A DNA stretch of 64,000 nucleotides, taken from positions 31,002 to 95,001 of IMG/VR virus record IMGVR_UViG_3300035698_017588; one strand, 5' to 3'. Origin of the DNA: a virus. The translations under genes were made by a program, and so were the position numbers. The notes below the pieces were generated by a model that was given only the letters and a program-made list of their open reading frames with translations, was not told the DNA's origin and made no database searches. Positions 57,266 to 64,000 of the stretch are shown here, piece after piece (within the stretch, counting starts at the first letter, position 1; every line of letters starts with the position of its first letter).

Positions 57266-58126
57266 TCAAGCATTGTCCTTACGCTTGACGACCCAATCCT
57301 TAACTAATTGGAACAGTTCTTGAGCACCGACAGAATTAGTATAAATCCTATTTTGCCAACGTTTGTCCTTATGCCACCAGACTACCACCTGCAGATCTCT
57401 CCGTTTTTTGCATATACCGTCATAACTGCGGTCCGATCCATCAATCACAGCAAAATGGAAATACTTATACGCCCCAAGACTATTAAGTGTATCCATAAAA
57501 CCATTGACTAATTCAACGTGTTCATCTGAATTTAAAGCGAACACGATTAAAGGACGTTTAGAAATGATCGATTTTTCATAAGCTTTCTCATATGAAAGAA
57601 GCTTTAATTTCGTTTTTTCTTCAACTTCCGGCGTGCTTGGGGGCTCGATCTCGGTGGGGATTTTTGGTTTGAAATTTTCGATGAGCCTCTTTTTAGAACC
57701 AAGAGGCTCAGGATAAGGAAACCCATCGATACCAAAATCGGCCCCACCTGATGGTAAAAGAAGAACCGTACTACCGTCCTCCTTATCAAATCGAAAGTAT
57801 TCCGGATTAGAGCCCGGAACCTCCTTCCCAGTCAGACTGAAATTGATCGTCTTGGGGGTTTCTACGGATTTCTCAGTGTTTGAAATCATATCGAGAGTGG
57901 GCAACGGCACCTCTGGTTTAACCACCACGGGCTCCGGCTTAACGGGCTCCGGCTTAACTGTCTCAGCTTTTGATTTAACAGCTTTAGGTTTACCCAGCAA
58001 AGTAAATTCCTGACCAAATGCCGGAATAGAAAACAACATCAAAACTGCCACAAAACACGAACGTGTCATCTCACCCTCCAATGTGCACATTAACGTGCGA
58101 ATATAGGCTTCGCACAAATCGGACAA
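57266..58126 (-). CDS. Hypothetical secreted protein, Pro-rich linker, degenerate thioredoxin-like C-terminus
   Basis: Signal-like MTRSCFVAVLMLFSIPAFG; VKPEP repeat; YEKAYEKS..RPLIVF. Confidence 0.55.
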   Translation of the reverse strand: MSDLCEAYIRTLMCTLEGEMTRSCFVAVLMLFSIPAFGQEFTLLGKPKAVKSKAETVKPEPVKPEPVVVKPEVPLPTLDMISNTEKSVETPKTINFSLTGKEVPGSNPEYFRFDKEDGSTVLLLPSGGADFGIDGFPYPEPLGSKKRLIENFKPKIPTEIEPPSTPEVEEKTKLKLLSYEKAYEKSIISKRPLIVFALNSDEHVELVNGFMDTLNSLGAYKYFHFAVIDGSDRSYDGICKKRRDLQVVVWWHKDKRWQNRIYTNSVGAQELFQLVKDWVVKRKDNA

Positions 58127-58271
58127 TCGACATGAAGAGTAACGCCACCGCCCTTACTTTCAGTCGACCTTACCTCATCCTGCCTCATTTTCAACACACT
58201 CTTACAGTATGAACAGGTAACCGTGAAGACCTTATCCTCAGGAACCTCACCACGCTCAAGAATATCCACAA

Positions 58272-58604
58272 CTATCTCCCATATTTCCGAACTTCCTCGG
58301 TCCAAGATGCAGCAATCTCAGACACTTCCTTCTTATATTCCTCAGGCGACGGAGGAACCAACAACTTCGACCAATGCGTGTAATAGTTCTCAATGAAATC
58401 GTCATCAAGGGGAGTTCCAACCCATGGAGCCTCTTCGATGGGGCATCGCCACCAAACCACCGGCCCGAAATCCTCATGCCAATCATCAATATCATACAAC
58501 ACCTGATAATCACGCAAACAATCAGGGTCCGAACCAGGAGAAGGATAATAAAGACTCATCGACCCGACTCCACTTGGGACAACCCAACAACTTGACCAAT
58601 CCAA
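58272..58604 (-). CDS. Hypothetical phage protein
   Basis: DWHEDFGPVVWWRCPIEEAPWVGTPLDDDF..YTHW. Confidence 0.6.
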   Translation of the reverse strand: MDWSSCWVVPSGVGSMSLYYPSPGSDPDCLRDYQVLYDIDDWHEDFGPVVWWRCPIEEAPWVGTPLDDDFIENYYTHWSKLLVPPSPEEYKKEVSEIAASWTEEVRKYGR

Positions 58605-58803
58605 TTGTGCTTAAAATCATTAACATTGATCTTCTTACCCAATGCCATTGGATCAGTCTCAATGTTCGAGGTCATCATCGTCGCCGACTTTTATTAGTGC
58701 GACCGCCAGTGCGTCGATGATTCGTCGATCGCGATCTGTCCGCAGCGGCGGTGCCTGCTTCGCCCTTTCGTGTGGCATCATCATGTTTTGATTCCCGGTA
58801 GCC

Positions 58804-58893
58804 GCACAACAACGATGATGCAAACGACGGGCGGCATACGTCGAATACAATGGTTAATCTTCTATCGCCCGCGTTTGATCACGAGCGTTCTCT
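58804..58893 (+). repeat. attC-like site 1
   Basis: gcacAAC..GATGCAAACG..CGTTTGATC-acgagc-GTTctct. Confidence 0.75.
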
Positions 58894-59204
58894 CTCTCTA
58901 CTTGCGGCTTTTCGCAAGCCAGCGGAGCCACGCTAAGTGCCACCGCAATTCACGTTCTTCCACCCGCGTGACCGCATTGTCTTCGCAAAATTCTCTGATC
59001 GTCATTACGGCCTCAACGGTGTCCACCACCCCTGCGAATCTCCGTATTGTGCCATCCACGCTGTCACGTTGACCAACACGACCCCAAATAGCCACGCACT
59101 ACCGCCGACGCAAAACACATTCCATCCAATGAGTACGCCCGTTTTTGCGATGGTTCTCCACGGCCAATCTTCGATCGGTGTCCCCCTTGGCGGATCGTAC
59201 GGAT

Positions 59205-59429
59205 TCATTGCTCGTCTTCCCTTGCTGCTCGCTTGTATTCTGCGTTGCATGGCTGGCAATACTCGGCGTCTTCGATTCCGTGTTCGCACACTTCCTCTGG
59301 ATTGTCCTGCATCCACAATTCAAGCTCAACAATTGAATCGCTGATTGATTCGGCCTTGTGCGTGTGTGGTCGCCATTCTTGTCGACTGTTGGCTTCGTCG
59401 TCAAATACTACTAAAACTGGCTTGCTCAT
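59205..59429 (-). CDS. Small hypothetical cassette protein
   Basis: MSKPVLVVFDD..CEHG..YCQPC; followed by further small overlapping minus-strand ORFs down to 58898. Confidence 0.55.
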   Translation of the reverse strand: MSKPVLVVFDDEANSRQEWRPHTHKAESISDSIVELELWMQDNPEEVCEHGIEDAEYCQPCNAEYKRAAREDEQ

Positions 59430-59441
59430 TGGTTTCTCGCG

Positions 59442-59461
59442 GCTGAACAAAAAATTGGTGA
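59442..59461 (+). repeat. Left half of an attC-like site, cut by the IS right end
   Basis: gctgAAC-aaaaa-ATTG resembles the start of the 62428 site (tgcgAAC-aaaaa-ATTG); no right arm found. Confidence 0.5.
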
Positions 59462-59670
59462 GTAAACATCCCCACGGATAAATCCGGGGGCTTTTGTGAA
59501 TAACCTCAAGCACAATTCCCAAAGGCAGTGCCGTCAACGATTCGTCGTGCGATTTGGTGGTTGTTAGTTCTCCTGTAATTGGCCTCATCTTTGGACAGGG
59601 ATTTAAGCCGACGCTTTGCCGACTTTGTTCCGACAGATTGAAGAATGTCCCGGCGAGCCTGAAACCAAAC

Positions 59671-60183
59671 TCATTTGGCCTTAAGCTCGTCGGCGGGAAA
59701 AGCATTGCCGTCGGAATCGACGGCAATCTTAGCTACGCCGAAATCGACGCTGAGTACGCTACTGGAAACATCCTTCGGGACGTCATCGAGCTTGATCGAA
59801 ACAAGCAAGTAGAAAACGCCTTTTACGTAAACCAAGTCAGCCTGGTCGCCTTTAATTGCTTCCTGCAACCGAGACTCTTGATAGCCAGCGATCACCATTG
59901 GAATTACAAGTCGGCCGTCAAGCGACCCAAGGCTAACATGCGTCAGCCCCTTGAATCGCATAATCCGTTCGTCATAGACAATGGTAGATTGCTCGCGAAG
60001 ATCGCGGTAGCAAAGGCGGTGGATGCTGGGCTGCGAAAACACCTTGGCATCAAAGCCGACCTTGGCATCAAAGCCGACCTTGGCGGCGTGACTAGCCGAC
60101 AGATAGAACGCCTTGAAAGTACGCAACAATGCGTCTTTCTGGGTGGCGTCAGGAAGCAATTTGATTTTGACGGTGAGTTGCAT
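59671..60183 (-). pseudogene. tnpB: Truncated TnpB
   Basis: MQLTVKIKLLP..QKDALLRT, GDQADLVY..FYL, RuvC-I VLSVDFGV..IAVDSDG; RuvC-II, zinc finger and RuvC-III are missing. Confidence 0.8.
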
Positions 60184-60189
60184 ACGAGA

Positions 60190-60217
60190 ACTATAGCCAG
60201 ATACGTTCATAAGTCAA
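60190..60217 (-). promoter_or_regulatory. Putative sigma-70 promoter for a leaderless tnpB transcript
   Basis: TTGACT-16 nt-TATAGT, with 6 nt between the -10 box and the ATG. Confidence 0.5.
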
Positions 60218-60316
60218 GCAGGTTGTTTATTTCTTCGGGATAGCGAGGTTTTCGATGACCGCCGGGAGAATCAATCGACTTTTAGGATCAATGTTGGCGT
60301 CATCTGGTTACACGAG

Positions 60317-60409
60317 TTGGAACAAGCGGATGCACCGATCCGCGTTAAAATTGGTTTGGTTTGAAAGTTTGAGTCTACCGTGGCAACCCGGTAAACATTA
60401 GCGTTAGGT
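60317..60409 (+). repeat. attC-like site 2 (arms pair poorly, probably chimeric)
   Basis: ttggAAC-aagcg-GATGCACC..GGTAAAC-attagc-GTTaggt. Confidence 0.7.
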
Positions 60410-60895
60410 GGACGACGGCTGCACGATACAATCGTCGCAACGTTCAAACGCCGATTCGGTTGTGCCATCGCAATCGGGGCAAACCCACTTGCCGCTTGCG
60501 GCGTCGTTGGCTTGCTCACACAATCGGCGGCACTCGCTTTCGACATACGACTGCGACCGCACCACACCATCGACGAAATCCGTCGAAGTCCATCCGCGAT
60601 TGTTCGGCAGGTCTGGGTCTCTCGCATCCCAAGCGTGAGCGCAATCAAATCCGACCCACCACGCATCGTCGTCGCCCTTGCCGCAATCCGTATCCGGCTG
60701 TGAAAACGTGCAACCGCCGTGAACGTCCACGGGTTGCTCCATCGTTTCCACGCCGTGCCACGGGTGACCCTTCGGAACGCGGACGTATCCGCACCGATAG
60801 CCGCCGTCGTTGTGGACAACCTGCCACTCGAAACCTAAATGCTCACCCTTTGCCAAGACGCAATCTGGGCGGGAAATCGCAACGCTTAAACACAT
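60404..60895 (-). CDS. Cassette gene: conserved phage hypothetical protein
   Basis: CGYVRVPKGHPWHG..VHGG.TF..WWVGFDCAH; stop codon inside the R' box; AGGAG RBS inside the next R'' box. Confidence 0.8.
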   Translation of the reverse strand: MCLSVAISRPDCVLAKGEHLGFEWQVVHNDGGYRCGYVRVPKGHPWHGVETMEQPVDVHGGCTFSQPDTDCGKGDDDAWWVGFDCAHAWDARDPDLPNNRGWTSTDFVDGVVRSQSYVESECRRLCEQANDAASGKWVCPDCDGTTESAFERCDDCIVQPSST

Positions 60896-60902
60896 GTCGC
60901 AC

Positions 60903-60991
60903 TCCTAACAATTGATTGCACCGATTGCCGTCGATGCGTGTTTGAAATGGTTAATTTCACCGTCGGCAATCGGTGAATCAATGCGTTACGA
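60903..60991 (+). repeat. attC-like site 3
   Basis: tcctAAC-aattg-ATTGCACCgattgccg..cggcaatcGGTGAAT-caatgc-GTTacga. Confidence 0.9.
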
Positions 60992-61291
60992 CGACGACTT
61001 CCGCTCGAAGTGCATCGTCATTTGATCGTCGCTGAATCCTGTCGGTGTGATGTCGCTATCGGGATTGCACGTATGCCAAGCGAACAGCAAATCTTTCGCT
61101 GCTGCAATGTGGACGAACTTTTTCGTGAACCACTGAAAGTCGTCAAACCACTGCCGGGGTGATCGATCTTTCTCTGGGCCGTTCCAAAACAGCCCGTAGT
61201 AAACTTCGCGGAACAACACGTCACCGCCAATTTCTTGGTGCAATGCGGACAGCACCGCTTCCACCACTTCTGTTCTGCTTTTCGTAATCAT
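60986..61291 (-). CDS. Cassette gene: hypothetical protein
   Basis: ATG 61291 with AGGAG RBS; TAA inside the R' box. Confidence 0.65.
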   Translation of the reverse strand: MITKSRTEVVEAVLSALHQEIGGDVLFREVYYGLFWNGPEKDRSPRQWFDDFQWFTKKFVHIAAAKDLLFAWHTCNPDSDITPTGFSDDQMTMHFERKSSS

Positions 61292-61314
61292 GTCATCTCC
61301 TGGATAGGTCGCGA

Positions 61315-61404
61315 TCGTAACAATGGGTTGCACCATGTCGGGCTTGCACGTCTTTTCGCAATGGAGAGTCAACCGTCCCGACACGGTGAACCCAAGCGTT
61401 CGTC
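61315..61404 (+). repeat. attC-like site 4
   Basis: tcgtAAC-aatgg-GTTGCACC..tgtcggg..cccgaca..GGTGAAC-ccaagc-GTTcgtc. Confidence 0.9.
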
Positions 61405-61978
61405 ATACCGAGCTTGCGGCTGCCAACTCGATGTCAACCGTTTCGTTGTCGTATGGATTGTGACCTATCCACCTGATGTTTTTGAGACAATACGTTTTGC
61501 AAAGATACTCGGTAATTCGCTGCATGATCTCCGCCGTTGGCGGCCTCCACGCCGTTTGAAACTCAATCAAAATCGGCGAACCGTCGCCCCCAAGTTCGTG
61601 GACTTTCAATCCGTAGGTGCCCCATTTGGTACCCCACTCTTTCGTTTGCCAGTCAAACCAATCGGCTGCGCCGTGCTTGGAAAACAGATCGGTAATTTCA
61701 TCTTCGGTCAAAGCAACTCGCTCCCACTGGTCGCGTTCATCGTGCTTGGGTCCGTTGCAATCTTTCGACACTTCGCCGCTAGTCTTGTGGACATAGCGGC
61801 ATTTCGGATTTGACGCGACAATGCCAGCTAGCTCATCTGGCAACTTTGACATCAACTCGCAAAGGTTTGCACCCTTCAGCGACTCGAAATCAATCTCGTC
61901 GTAATCCTCTTTGCCGATGGCTTCGAGTGCGAGCCAGTCTCTAGCACAAAGCCCAATGGTCAGGAAATTGTTTGGCAT
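61403..61978 (-). CDS. Cassette gene: DUF1281/YubB-like ferredoxin-fold protein
   Basis: MPN start, DWFDWQTKEWGTKW, FQTAWRPP. Confidence 0.78.
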   Translation of the reverse strand: MPNNFLTIGLCARDWLALEAIGKEDYDEIDFESLKGANLCELMSKLPDELAGIVASNPKCRYVHKTSGEVSKDCNGPKHDERDQWERVALTEDEITDLFSKHGAADWFDWQTKEWGTKWGTYGLKVHELGGDGSPILIEFQTAWRPPTAEIMQRITEYLCKTYCLKNIRWIGHNPYDNETVDIELAAASSV

Positions 61979-61994
61979 CTATTGGTCCTCGGAT

Positions 61995-62086
61995 GACGAA
62001 CAAAGCGATGATGTGGATCGCTCGTTCAATGTTGTTTGGTTTGGTCAATGTCTTTCGCTCGCGACCACATATCGCAAGCGTTCGCA
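61995..62086 (+). repeat. attC-like site 5
   Basis: gacgAAC-aaagc-GATGATGTgg..ccACATATC-gcaagc-GTTcgca. Confidence 0.9.
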
Positions 62087-62089
62087 GGA

Positions 62090-62410
62090 CTAAACCTGCA
62101 CAACCAAAACCTCTTTGCCTGCCAGCGGGTTCGGCATCGCCGCATATCGCTTCATGGCCGCTTCGTTTTCTTCGACCGTCATCTCTCGCAACGGGTAATC
62201 TCCGACGTGGCTTGGATCGTGCTGGCCGTCCCAAAATCGCTCGTCCGTTACTTGCTCTCGCAACCAAGGCTCCACGGCTCGCATCACTCGCGGAATCATG
62301 TGCGTCATGATTCCGCCGTCACGGGTGATGAAATCCAAGTCCTGATAGATGTCCTGCATTTTCGTATGCAGCTTGCTGGTTGTAAGGTTTCTCAATCTCT
62401 GAATGTCCAT
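62090..62410 (-). CDS. Cassette gene: hypothetical phage protein
   Basis: AAGGAG RBS then MDIQRLRNLTT.KLHT..DIY..THMIPR..PWL. Confidence 0.7.
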   Translation of the reverse strand: MDIQRLRNLTTSKLHTKMQDIYQDLDFITRDGGIMTHMIPRVMRAVEPWLREQVTDERFWDGQHDPSHVGDYPLREMTVEENEAAMKRYAAMPNPLAGKEVLVVQV

Positions 62411-62427
62411 GTCAAAACTCCTTAGCC

Positions 62428-62518
62428 TGCGAACAAAAAATTGCATCGAAGTCGCGGTCGTGCTCTTTTCAAATAGTTAGGTTCATCGCCGCGACTCGAT
62501 GAATTTTAGACGTTCTGC
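62428..62518 (+). repeat. attC-like site 6
   Basis: tgcgAAC-aaaaa-ATTGCATCgaagtcgcgg..ccgcgactcGATGAAT-tttagac-GTTctgc. Confidence 0.88.
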
Positions 62519-62836
62519 TTACGACAAAACACGAATGGCCTGGAACTCCCACAGACCTGTAGGGTTGAATCGCCATCGGAAATACTCACCTTCTTCGTCG
62601 CGGTCCCAATTGTCTTCGTCGCAAATCCATTCGCGAACGGCACCATCAACGAAATCCGTGCCGGTCAGTTCGATCAATTGCGACATCGCTGCATGTCCAG
62701 ATCCACACAACTGCGATACACGAATCTCCCCAATCTCGACAAGCAACCACGACGATAACGCGGCCTCGCCGTCGGTTAACGGGTTGACCGTCGAAGTAGA
62801 ACAAGCCGTTGGATGCGGATCGGCGGGAGAATTCAT
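62519..62836 (-). CDS. Cassette gene: hypothetical protein starting inside the attC loop
   Basis: AAGGA RBS and ATG (MNSPADPHPTACST) lie within site 7. Confidence 0.55.
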   Translation of the reverse strand: MNSPADPHPTACSTSTVNPLTDGEAALSSWLLVEIGEIRVSQLCGSGHAAMSQLIELTGTDFVDGAVREWICDEDNWDRDEEGEYFRWRFNPTGLWEFQAIRVLS

Positions 62837-62906
62837 TCGTGATTCCTTTAAGTCTTTTGGTTTGCAGAATTTCTTCATCGCCGACCGATCAACGGCAGCG
62901 TTAGGA
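62796..62906 (+). repeat. attC-like site 7
   Basis: gtagAAC-aagcc-GTTGGATG..tcggcg..cgccga..GATCAAC-ggcagc-GTTagga. Confidence 0.82.
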
Positions 62907-63149
62907 TGACGAAAACACCGAGCGAAGAACGCCAGCAACGTCGCCAATGATCTGGCGTTGCTGCTCTGGGATGCTGCCCAGATTGCTTAACAGCGTCAAC
63001 TCCTCAACGGCTCCATCCATCCTCTGTTGCAGACCGGGTATCTTCGCCAGTCGTCCGTGTGGGCTGTCTGGCTTGGCGATAAACAACGGCCAATCACCGG
63101 CAATGCCGGGTGCCATCGCCTTTTCTTCGGTAACGTAAAAATCTGCCAT
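62901..63149 (-). CDS. Cassette gene: hypothetical protein
   Basis: 82 aa filling the cassette; TAA in R'; AGGA RBS from the next R''. Confidence 0.65.
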   Translation of the reverse strand: MADFYVTEEKAMAPGIAGDWPLFIAKPDSPHGRLAKIPGLQQRMDGAVEELTLLSNLGSIPEQQRQIIGDVAGVLRSVFSSS

Positions 63150-63157
63150 GGTCGCGA

Positions 63158-63248
63158 TCCTAACAATTGATCGATCCCGTTTGCGGTCGAGATCAATTGG
63201 TTGAGTTTAGTTTTCCCGCCGCAAAACGGGATAATCAAAGCGTTATGC
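63158..63248 (+). repeat. attC-like site 8
   Basis: tcctAAC-aattg-ATCGATCCcgtttgcgg..ccgcaaaacgGGATAAT-caaagc-GTTatgc. Confidence 0.85.
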
Positions 63249-63465
63249 GGATTTACGTTCCGCGTCTTTTTCGAGCGTGGTCTTGAATCCGAAATTGCCC
63301 GCAACGTGAAAACACACAACGCCTTCGGGGCGCATGAATCCCGGTGCGGCCTTGCTGCCGTTGGCTCGCAGTTCCGCCAATGCCTGCGAAGAGGGAACCA
63401 AACGTTAAAGGCGTGCTAACAAAGTCATGAACCGGAGCAACCGGCAACGTCTCTTTTGTATTCAT
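63243..63465 (-). pseudogene. Deletion-fusion remnant: C5 DNA methyltransferase N-terminus joined out of frame to an RNA-ligase-like C-terminus
   Basis: LTFGSLFAGIGG (MTase motif I), then in another frame (63377-63243) AELRANGSKAAPGFMRPEGVVCFH..FKTTLEKD..* with TAA in R'. Confidence 0.65.
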
Positions 63466-63503
63466 AATAACTTTCGGTTGCCCGGTTATGACAAGCGTTC
63501 ATC
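63414..63503 (+). repeat. attC-like site 9
   Basis: tgctAAC-aaagt-CATGAACCggagcaacc..ggttgcccGGTTATG-acaagc-GTTcatc. Confidence 0.9.
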
Positions 63504-63507
63504 GGAC

Positions 63508-63948
63508 CTACCTGTAGTTCTCTATCGCCTTGAGCAATTCGGGGCGAGGTCCAAAATCCCGAATATTCAACTCGATGTCGCGTTTCGACATCCACAACCA
63601 TTCACCGTCGCAGGCGACCCTAGCCGCCTTCGCACCTCTCGCCTTGCGACGATGGTTGAACTCGATGAACTCAAACACTGGTTCGCTGCTCAATGCGATC
63701 ACCTCCTCGACTCGCCGATCGTAGTCCGATTGTGCTTTTCCCAAATCTCGGAACTTGTTCGCGTCCGCAATCTGGCCGTTGTCGCGAAAGTCCCATACGT
63801 GATACGTCGTCCAGTTTGCGTGTTCCCGTCCTTCCACGACGCGATCAAACCATACCTCCTCTCGCATCGTGCGACCATTGAAAAATTGCCGAACTGTGCT
63901 GCAATCGTCGTTCGTCATGTGTCGGCCAAAAATACTTATCTCGCTCAT
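63508..63948 (-). CDS. Cassette gene: hypothetical protein
   Basis: AGGA RBS then MSEISIFG; fills the cassette. Confidence 0.65.
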   Translation of the reverse strand: MSEISIFGRHMTNDDCSTVRQFFNGRTMREEVWFDRVVEGREHANWTTYHVWDFRDNGQIADANKFRDLGKAQSDYDRRVEEVIALSSEPVFEFIEFNHRRKARGAKAARVACDGEWLWMSKRDIELNIRDFGPRPELLKAIENYR

Positions 63949-63966
63949 GAAATTTCCTGACGGCAC

Positions 63967-64000
63967 GATGAACAATGCGATGATGCCGATCGCTCGTTCA
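63967..64000 (+). repeat. attC-like site 10 (cut by the window edge)
   Basis: gatgAAC-aatgc-GATGATGCcgatcgctcgttca, nearly identical to the left arm of site 5. Confidence 0.85.

Larger units (their letters stand above)
59462..60220 (-). mobile_element. Internally deleted IS200/IS605-family (IS1341-like, tnpB-only) element; left boundary approximate
   Basis: Right-end hairpin aagcccccggatttatccgtggggatgtttac on the minus strand; tnpB remnant upstream. Confidence 0.75.
58804..64000 (+). mobile_element. Integron-like gene cassette array without integrase in the window (CALIN-like)
   Basis: Nine complete attC-like sites, one half site and one edge-truncated site, all in the same polarity, with R boxes complementary across intact cassettes. 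Confidence 0.9.

Noticed and set aside
60040-60083. 18-bp tandem duplication in tnpB (AKVGFD x2), and similar short duplications near 43765 and 57930
   Set aside because: These are local slippage events with no sign of a wider system.
59554-60243. 229-aa plus-strand ORF and other plus-strand ORFs in the array
   Set aside because: They are antisense to tnpB or to minus-strand genes that have an RBS, recognisable motifs and cassette-fitting boundaries.
58804-64000. CRISPR array or simple terminators as an explanation for the repeats
   Set aside because: The units are divergent imperfect palindromes of about 90-110 bp separated by gene-sized intervals, with R/L box structure; there are no identical direct repeats and no cas genes.
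1-64000. Genome-wide UGA reassignment (code 4 or 25)
   Set aside because: Long conserved genes are intact under code 11 and many end at TGA next to the following start; only two start-proximal in-frame TGAs were found.
1-64000. Apparent abundance of ATCG/CGAT/TCGA/GATC words
   Set aside because: This is an impression only; it needs Markov-normalised k-mer counts before any claim about methylation or lack of restriction-site avoidance.

Overview
This 64-kb window looks like part of a large (jumbo/huge) dsDNA phage genome, most likely infecting a Planctomycete. The host call rests on planctomycete-type dockerin repeats, CsrA, RimI, a sulfatase fragment and planctomycete-style attC sites. All family assignments come from motif recognition by eye; no database search was run. 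Left part: replication/recombination/transcription genes, including DnaE with an intein (missed by the ORF track), an actin-like ATPase, Mre11/Rad50-like gp47/gp46, a DinG-like helicase with an intein, two free-standing homing endonucleases and two divergent sigma-like genes. These are followed by a PurZ-type aminodeoxyadenylosuccinate synthetase next to a nucleoside deoxyribosyltransferase, and a 2368-aa dockerin/vWA/trypsin protein. Middle: glycan-building genes (including an intein-containing GDP-fucose synthase), ThyX and a translation-control block. That block has two tandem tRNAs with anticodon UCA, followed by two genes that both begin ATG-TTG-TGA in frame: a peptidyl-tRNA-hydrolase-like gene and a gene with an RAPP leader. 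Right end (from about 58,650, visibly more GC-rich): an integron-like cassette array with 9 complete attC sites, one half site and one site cut by the window edge. The R boxes flanking each intact cassette are mutually complementary, the cargo is phage-like, every ORF is inverted relative to canonical attC polarity, and there is no integrase in the window. The three strongest candidates for undescribed biology are the phage-borne inverted attC cassette array, the opal-suppressor-gated PTH/RAPP module, and PurZ alongside a family-C polymerase and a deoxyribosyltransferase.
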